This document shows positions 57,919 to 64,000 of a stretch of 64,000 nucleotides of DNA, piece by piece. Numbering within the stretch: position 1 is the first letter of the stretch; each line of letters starts with the position of its first letter. The position numbers were made by a program, and so were the translations under genes. A model generated the notes under the pieces. The model was not told the DNA's origin. It saw only the letters and a list, made by a program, of their open reading frames with translations, and did no database searches. The DNA is from a bacterium (GTDB lineage Bacteria > Zhuqueibacterota > Zhuqueibacteria > Residuimicrobiales > Krinioviventaceae), in assembly GCA_963693055.1 (NCBI GenBank), contig OY843751.1, forward strand, positions 4,608,001-4,672,000, given 5' to 3'.

Positions 57919-60867
57919 TTAATCCCCCTCACTCCACGCTACCCGTCCCTGTGCGTCCCAGGCGACGACCATCCAGTCGGCTGTTGACGCGGGCGGCAGG
58001 GCAATTTCGGTATGATGCTGTTTCGCTTCATCGGACATCTCGACCCGCTGCCAGTCGTCGGTGCCGAGCAAGCGGTACCACACCACAGCATGGGATTCCC
58101 GGTTGCTCTTTACATCCACGGTCAATACCTGAGCGGATTGCTCTCCTTTTGCCGCTACAATTTCAAGTAGGGATTTCTCTCCCAACTCTAGCGCCTGCTC
58201 AACAAATCCATCTGTAACCTGACGTGATAATCCCAGATCGCCGCCGTTTTCAGCAACGCGAGTGATCTCATGGCTAATTTCTGCCAACGCGGATTTGTCG
58301 TTTGCCAGACATCTCTGCAATAATCGGATGATCTGCCACTGTTCAATGCCTTCCCGCCAGGCTTCCCAACGACGTGAGGTAACTGGAGCATGATTGCCGT
58401 TATAGATCGCGCCACAGTCCGCGTAAAATGTTCCTCCTGAGAGCGGACCGTCATAGTCGTTCCAGGGATCTCCCCGCCACGAGTTGTAGGCCCAGTAGCA
58501 TACACCGTCAAGGTCCAGCATGGCTGCACGCCAGGGTTTGAGCAGGTAATAATCATAAGCCGATTGCGATTTCATCCGGGTGGCACAGGTATATCCATAT
58601 ATCGGTTCATCCATGCTTTTGTAAAGCGCCAGAATCTCTTTGCTGTTTTTATAATTTTGTAAAAATCCAAGGTCCGGAATCCACACATCAATCCAGGGTT
58701 CCAGACGTTTGATATCATTATATTTTTGCGTACCATCCATCACCAGACGCACATTGGGATCAATCTCGCGCATGAGCTTGCATCCCTCAATGGTATAATC
58801 CAGTTCCTCCATCAGGGCTTCATCCCATACCTGCACGCTATAATCGTCATAATCCAGACCCAGTTCTTTTAAATGCGCCAGCCAGTGACCATAGGTATAC
58901 CGAAACGCTTGGTCCCAGGCGTCACTACGATACTCGAACTTTAATTCTTTTTGAATTGCGGTGTTGAACGATTCCAACAGTCCGTACGAGAATAAAATCT
59001 CTCCGCCAGATTTCTCGGCGTATTTCATCTTTATACGGAGCAGCCGATCATAAGCGCTATAATCAATCTCGTTCAGGGCATTGCCGGAGTCGTCAAATTC
59101 CGGTATGGGAATACTGGTTGTCACCAGAAACCGGTTCACCTTGTGCTCGTACAGATCGCGGGCATAGGCGTCTTCGCTGGCATAGTCCCAGTTATAAACG
59201 GCAAAATCAGGACTCGTGCTCAGGCGCAATGGATCCACCTCTAGCTCAATAGCCACAGTCTTGGCTACTGCAGGACCTCCAAGCTCATGCGAGCCAATGG
59301 GCGTACAGCTCAATTGGCATTGGTATTTTCCCGGGGGCAGATCAAGCGCCGGGAACCGCATCCACACCTGTCGGCTCTCCCCTACCGGGATGTCCAGCCG
59401 GCTAGACACTCCCAGCGGCAGCAAGGGATCCGCCATTGTCGTGTCGGTCACCAGATCCTGCCAGTCCGCTACAAACAACTCGGGAGTAATGCCGAAAAAC
59501 TTGACTCGGGTACTGTCATTCTGTACCCATTCATAATCGGTACAGCTCACCCGCAAACGCATGGGTTTTGCGGTCAGGTTCGAGATAATGACATTGCTCT
59601 GTTCAATATCATTCACCAGGGATTTTAACTGAATGGATTCTACATCGCCAAAATCCGCAGGAAATTCTGCTTGTCCCAAATCATCCCAGTTGTTCTTTTG
59701 CCACAACACCCACTGCTTGTCATCCAGATCGGCTATTGCGGATTTGACCTTGTCATTCAGTTCCTGATATTGTGTCAAAGGCATGGCTTTACGGGATTTC
59801 ATGCTGCTTTCAATTGCAGTCTCTAAACTCTCTTTACTTGCAAGCGCCTTTTCCAATCCGGCTTCTAACTTGGATTTTAAAGCGCCATTGTTTAATTGTC
59901 CCGGTATTTCTTTTAACAACGCGTAAACATTTTGCAGTTTTTCCAAAGCCGGTGTATCACCCAAATCCGCCGGAAACACCGATCGCCAAACGATTTTCCC
60001 ATCCATCTCTGCGTTCAATACAATTTCTGTATCTTTCAGTCCCAGGGGATATTCCAACGCAAGCGGACGTTTCGCTCCCGCCTTCATCTCGACAGGTTTT
60101 CCATCCTGTCCACAGAGTTTAGCGGATTCATTCCCTGGTACATCCAGTAAAACTTTGGCAGTATTGTATCCCGGAACAGGAGCGTTAACCTGCAATTCTT
60201 TTTGAATGACCGGTTTCCTCGCAAAACGAATTTGTCCGAATCGTGTGGCATTGGTAAAGGTGCCGTATGTGGCATTCCAGGCAGATCGTTCAAATTCAAC
60301 CTTGCGTTGACGGGTAAAATTGATATTCCAAACATCGCCTTCTTTGGGTGCGCCATCCAAATCAGTCCAGGGAATAGCGACTTCAACACCCCATTGCTTT
60401 TTATCAGGATTCACAAATGTCTTTAAATCCAATTGAGGGTCCCAACCGGCATTTTTAAAACGAGAGTCACTGGTTACGCCTTTACTGTTTATCAGGACAT
60501 GATAAATGCTGATATCTCCCGGTTTCTGCATAAAGATTTCCACACAATCATCCCGCCACACATCCTTGTCCCGCTCGGTATGATCCACTACAAGTTTTTC
60601 CGGTTCCGGTTCGTCGCAGGTAAAGAATGCGTACAATGCATCGCTGTCGTAATACACCCGCACCTGGGTCTGTTCATTTGCGATTCCTGTTCCCATGTTC
60701 TCATAAAAGGGGAATATACGCGCGCAGGACTGCCATGCCTGCTCTTTCATCTCACCATCTACAACAGGTTTTTCATCCATTCCAATCTGCACAAAAGGCA
60801 CAGCGGCGTTCAACTGCAATACAACGCAACATACAAGTACAGCAACTGCAGCGGTCCTACGGAACAT
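57919..60867 (-). CDS. Secreted CBM9-like plus DUF4091/GH123-like putative glycoside hydrolase
   Basis: Signal peptide; PVVDG...AW, YDSDALY, DDCVEIF, VEVAIPW; VWDE; TSRRWEAWREG. Confidence 0.7.
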   Translation of the reverse strand: MFRRTAAVAVLVCCVVLQLNAAVPFVQIGMDEKPVVDGEMKEQAWQSCARIFPFYENMGTGIANEQTQVRVYYDSDALYAFFTCDEPEPEKLVVDHTERDKDVWRDDCVEIFMQKPGDISIYHVLINSKGVTSDSRFKNAGWDPQLDLKTFVNPDKKQWGVEVAIPWTDLDGAPKEGDVWNINFTRQRKVEFERSAWNATYGTFTNATRFGQIRFARKPVIQKELQVNAPVPGYNTAKVLLDVPGNESAKLCGQDGKPVEMKAGAKRPLALEYPLGLKDTEIVLNAEMDGKIVWRSVFPADLGDTPALEKLQNVYALLKEIPGQLNNGALKSKLEAGLEKALASKESLETAIESSMKSRKAMPLTQYQELNDKVKSAIADLDDKQWVLWQKNNWDDLGQAEFPADFGDVESIQLKSLVNDIEQSNVIISNLTAKPMRLRVSCTDYEWVQNDSTRVKFFGITPELFVADWQDLVTDTTMADPLLPLGVSSRLDIPVGESRQVWMRFPALDLPPGKYQCQLSCTPIGSHELGGPAVAKTVAIELEVDPLRLSTSPDFAVYNWDYASEDAYARDLYEHKVNRFLVTTSIPIPEFDDSGNALNEIDYSAYDRLLRIKMKYAEKSGGEILFSYGLLESFNTAIQKELKFEYRSDAWDQAFRYTYGHWLAHLKELGLDYDDYSVQVWDEALMEELDYTIEGCKLMREIDPNVRLVMDGTQKYNDIKRLEPWIDVWIPDLGFLQNYKNSKEILALYKSMDEPIYGYTCATRMKSQSAYDYYLLKPWRAAMLDLDGVCYWAYNSWRGDPWNDYDGPLSGGTFYADCGAIYNGNHAPVTSRRWEAWREGIEQWQIIRLLQRCLANDKSALAEISHEITRVAENGGDLGLSRQVTDGFVEQALELGEKSLLEIVAAKGEQSAQVLTVDVKSNRESHAVVWYRLLGTDDWQRVEMSDEAKQHHTEIALPPASTADWMVVAWDAQGRVAWSEGD

Positions 60868-60895
60868 ATTTCTCTCCTAAAATATTGATTGAATA

Positions 60896-62227
60896 CACTA
60901 CTGTCCCAATATTAGTTGAATAAATTCAATTGGTTATCATTTTGTAAGCCATGAGTAAGATTATCATTGTTGCTAAGTAACTGTAAAATAGGAGTTCTTT
61001 GAAACATATTAACGCTTAATATTTGTAAAAAAGTGTAGAGCGGAATCGCAATATTCAAACGTTTCTTTATTATCGCTATAAGCACGTATATACATATTGC
61101 AATCCATATTTGCGATTTAACGGCATTGACTGAAGTGCCATAAAAGGACTTAATTTTTAGGTTTTGTTTTATCCATTTAAAAAACAATTCAATTTGCCAG
61201 CGGCATCTATATAGTTCAGGAATAGTTAATGCCGGCAAGTTAAAAATATTTGTCAACAAAACGAGCGTTCGTTTTTGATCAGTTATGTATATTTTAACGC
61301 GTCTGAGTCTTTCAGGATAATCTCGTGATGCATAGTAATTCACTAAAGAAACTGTTTGATCACATCGAAGACCTGTACTTTTATTAACCGGATGTGAATA
61401 GACCCTTTTAGCTTTAAGGTTCGACTTTGCCGGAATGACAAAAAAGGCTCCAGCTTGATGGAATCTATACAGACGCTCAAAATCTATGTAACCCTTGTCT
61501 AGCAAATATATGGCGCCAGGCTCAGGAATCAACATATCAAGAATGTTAACATCGTGGATTTTCCCTTCAGTTATCTCTATAAAAGTTGGTATGTTACCAC
61601 GAAGGTCCATTTGAGTATGCACTTTTATAGCACCTTTTGATTTTCTAAATCTGGCCCATGGAAATAAAGAAAGGCACAAGTCAATTGTTGTTGAATCTAA
61701 TGCGTAAACCATTTCTTTTAATTCAAGGCCGAATTTTTCATCACGATATAACTTGCGGGCCTGATTAATAAGTATTTGAGCAAATTCAGCATAGATGCGC
61801 CAGTCTCGATGTTCATTTGCATTAGCCAAAGTATTTCGAGCAACTATGCTGCGAAAACCCATGTGGTAAAGTAGTTTTCGTTGTGATCTTAAACAAGCTT
61901 CTATATCTCTCAAACTATCTCGGAAAGTGAGTTGGGCAAAAGCCATGCAATAAAATTGATCAAGACACGAGAAGGATTTAACTTTATACTCTCCTCTGTA
62001 TTTGTGGACGCAACGATGGAATGCCTTTAAAGGCAGGAATTCCATTATTTGAGAAAAAACAGTTTTCCCTTCGTGCATTTCGCCATTCCTCCGCCATTGT
62101 TTTGTTGTGATAGAATGGTGAAATGTAATAATTTAATTCAAATCGTTCCCGTTAAAAATGATAGCGTAAAGATATAATTAACAATTAAATACAATCACTA
62201 CTTTTCCCTAACGTTGGGACAGTAGTG
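60896..62227 (-). mobile_element. Complete IS4-family insertion sequence (1332 bp) with 9-bp target duplication
   Basis: Terminal IRs CACTACTGTCCCAA(TA/CG)TTAG; direct repeat GATTGAATA at 60887-60895 and 62228-62236. Confidence 0.95.
60912..62078 (-). CDS. IS4-family DDE transposase (DUF4372 N-terminus)
   Basis: FSQIM, SLRDIE, LDSTTIDL, DKGY, YRCRWQIELFFKWIKQ (YREK); GGAGG SD. Confidence 0.95.
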   Translation of the reverse strand: MHEGKTVFSQIMEFLPLKAFHRCVHKYRGEYKVKSFSCLDQFYCMAFAQLTFRDSLRDIEACLRSQRKLLYHMGFRSIVARNTLANANEHRDWRIYAEFAQILINQARKLYRDEKFGLELKEMVYALDSTTIDLCLSLFPWARFRKSKGAIKVHTQMDLRGNIPTFIEITEGKIHDVNILDMLIPEPGAIYLLDKGYIDFERLYRFHQAGAFFVIPAKSNLKAKRVYSHPVNKSTGLRCDQTVSLVNYYASRDYPERLRRVKIYITDQKRTLVLLTNIFNLPALTIPELYRCRWQIELFFKWIKQNLKIKSFYGTSVNAVKSQIWIAICIYVLIAIIKKRLNIAIPLYTFLQILSVNMFQRTPILQLLSNNDNLTHGLQNDNQLNLFN

Positions 62228-62264
62228 GATTGAATAATAAAAAAATTGACAACCCTACGCTCTC

Positions 62265-62293
62265 ATAATATTGAATATTGTGTACAATTTCAA
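62265..62293 (-). promoter_or_regulatory. Sigma70-type promoter, probably the native promoter of the 57919-60867 gene
   Basis: Minus strand TTGAAA-N17-TATTAT just outside the IS. Confidence 0.55.
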
Positions 62294-62392
62294 GTAACAT
62301 TTTTACAGCAAAAGAACACAAATGAAACAAATTGTAATCAATTACCATGCGGTGATAGAAAAAAGATTATTTCCCTTGAATCGCAATCAATT

Positions 62393-62822
62393 CTCCGTCC
62401 CAAATTCCCAGGTTGTGTAAAAAACAAGAAAAATTGTTATGTTTTTGGAGTGCATCGCCTTTATGCGATGCGTCGGGCCGAAGGTCCGATTTAAACCCGC
62501 CTGTTTTTCAAATATTATAGATTTATTATTGTGATGTAAGTTCAATATTCTTATGCAAATATAATTGAGTAGAGGCCGTCTCCGACGACCCGCATTGCAT
62601 AAAGGTAATGCACTCCACGTCTTTTTTAAATTTTGCTCATAAATAACATTTATTTGTTTAAAATTTAATTCATTTTCACACAGTCTGTCCGATTTGGGAC
62701 GGAACTTGGACGCGAAGCTTTGCTTTGCAATTATCAATAAAAAAGAGATTTAAAAACTTTTAAATTTTCCCCAAGCATAACCTGGAACTAACCTTCCTGC
62801 CCAAATTCAATTTAGACAGGAG
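62393..62822. repeat. REP-like multi-hairpin element (CTCC...GGAG ends) interrupted by a MITE
   Basis: TCCGTCCCAAAT/ATTTGGGACGGA arms; related hairpin TCCTGCCCAAATT-C-AATTTAGACAGGA at 62795-62821; inner hairpins at 62712-62728 and 62771-62785. Confidence 0.65.
62409..62687. mobile_element. 279-bp putative MITE with TCC target duplication, carrying an inverted GGAG-type REP pair
   Basis: Ends CAGGTTGTGTAAAAA and (reverse complement) CAGACTGTGTGAAAA; TCC at 62406-62408 and 62688-62690; internal 27-mers 62446-62472 and 62591-62617 are inverted with 3 mismatches. Confidence 0.7.
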
Positions 62823-63070
62823 AGCAAAATCAATCAATTTGCACTCAACTAATAGTCCCGTTAGGGACGAAATATTTTAAGAAACGTAAAAGAAAAATAT
62901 TCGCATGCCGTTAGGTATGCAATAGTATTGTAATTTAATCGATTAATAAAAAACCCGAGTACCCTGCACATTATCTGCTTGAGTATTGAAAGATTTTTAT
63001 GTATCATTCAATACCCCCTTTTGGGAAAAACAGCACATTCTCTTTTGCAATAATCATATAGGATAGTTTT

Positions 63071-64000
63071 ATGAAACGCAGAGAGTTTTTCAAAACAACC
63101 GGAGTTGCCGCACTGGGCAGTCAACTGGCTTGCACTAAACCCGGACAATCTCCGTCCCCCAATCAAGGATACAAAATCAAACCCTTTCCCCTGCTCGAAG
63201 CAACCATCACCGATTTACAGCAAGGAATGCAATCTGGTGAATACACCGCCCATTCCATTACGCAGCTCTATCTTGAACGCGTTGACGAAATCGACAAAAA
63301 CGGTCCTTCACTCAATGCAATCATTGAACTAAATCCTGATGCTTTGGAAATCGCGCAAAAACTCGATCAGGAGCGTAAACAGGGCAACGTCCGCAGTCCC
63401 ATGCACGGCATTCCGGTGCTGATCAAGGACAATCTCGACACTGCCGATAAAATGATGACCACTGCCGGCTCTCTGGCACTTGAAGGATCTATCACATCAC
63501 TGGACGCCCACACCATAACCCAATTGCGCAAAGCCGGGGCAATCATTCTTGGTAAAACCAATCTCAGCGAGTGGGCCAATTTCAGGTCCATGCGTTCTAC
63601 CAGCGGCTGGAGCGGACGCGGCGGCCAGACCCGTAATCCCTACGCACTGGACCGCAATCCCTGCGGATCCAGCTCGGGTTCAGGAGCAGCGGTAAGCGCC
63701 AATCTCTGTGCTGTAGCCATTGGTACGGAAACCAACGGATCTGTTGTCTGTCCCAGTAACTCCAATGGTGTTGTGGGTATCAAACCTACATTGGGACTCG
63801 TCAGCCGTTCCGGCATCATCCCCATTGCGCATTCACAGGATACAGCCGGACCCATGGCGCGCTCCGTTGCCGACGCTGCCCTTCTGCTCAGTTTCATGGC
63901 AGGAGCGGATGCAAAAGATCCCATCACGCAAAACAGCAATACACTTATCGATTATACGCAATTTCTCGATCCAAACGGATTGCGGGGCAAGCGCATAGGT
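63071..64000 (+). CDS. Amidase-signature family enzyme, Tat lipoprotein (3' truncated by window edge)
   Basis: Read manually, as it is absent from the ORF track: MKRREFFK...QLAC; MHGIPVLIKDN, GKTNLSEWAN, PCGSSSGSG, GTETNGS. Confidence 0.9.
   Translation, partial: MKRREFFKTTGVAALGSQLACTKPGQSPSPNQGYKIKPFPLLEATITDLQQGMQSGEYTAHSITQLYLERVDEIDKNGPSLNAIIELNPDALEIAQKLDQERKQGNVRSPMHGIPVLIKDNLDTADKMMTTAGSLALEGSITSLDAHTITQLRKAGAIILGKTNLSEWANFRSMRSTSGWSGRGGQTRNPYALDRNPCGSSSGSGAAVSANLCAVAIGTETNGSVVCPSNSNGVVGIKPTLGLVSRSGIIPIAHSQDTAGPMARSVADAALLLSFMAGADAKDPITQNSNTLIDYTQFLDPNGLRGKRIG

Noticed and set aside
62246-62737. ORFs 62246-62494 and 62387-62737
   Set aside because: They run through the palindromic repeats and MITE, and have no SD or protein-like features
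735-63998. Numerous 60-220-aa ORFs overlapping longer genes (for example 45020-45676, 28691-29191, 51530-52099, 63105-63998)
   Set aside because: Shadow frames of well-supported genes with no motifs; 63105-63998 are alternative frames of the amidase
1-64000. CRISPR array, rRNA or tRNA genes
   Set aside because: No equal-length direct repeats with unique spacers; no rRNA-like block; the 47966-48042 fold lacks D- and T-loop consensus and a CCA end

Overview
A 64-kb stretch of bacterial chromosome from an AT-rich, probably anaerobic FCB-group organism. Five proteins carry T9SS-type-A/FlgD-like C-terminal tails (NYPNPFN...MLLLK), yet the genes use ordinary Shine-Dalgarno sites and sigma70-type promoters; this suggests KSB1 or Calditrichota rather than Bacteroidota (inference). 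Most of the content is secreted or periplasmic catabolic machinery: GH2, GH13 pullulanase, a CBM9/DUF4091 protein, C10 protease, sulfatase with its maturase, arylsulfotransferase, amidase, a YdjC deacetylase and a pentaheme cytochrome c. Also present are an MFS/MerR pair, a Tat-signal TldD with PmbA, tandem duplications, a DUF433/DUF5615 toxin-antitoxin pair and a decayed kelch-DUF4270-porin operon. An intact IS4 element with a 9-bp target duplication separates a CAZyme gene from its likely promoter. Intergenic regions hold many small palindromic elements, including a MITE nested in a REP-like hairpin and a family of inverted arms with an 8-10-nt period. I saw no rRNA, tRNA or CRISPR array. 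Several -1 frameshifts in short homopolymers may be sequencing errors.
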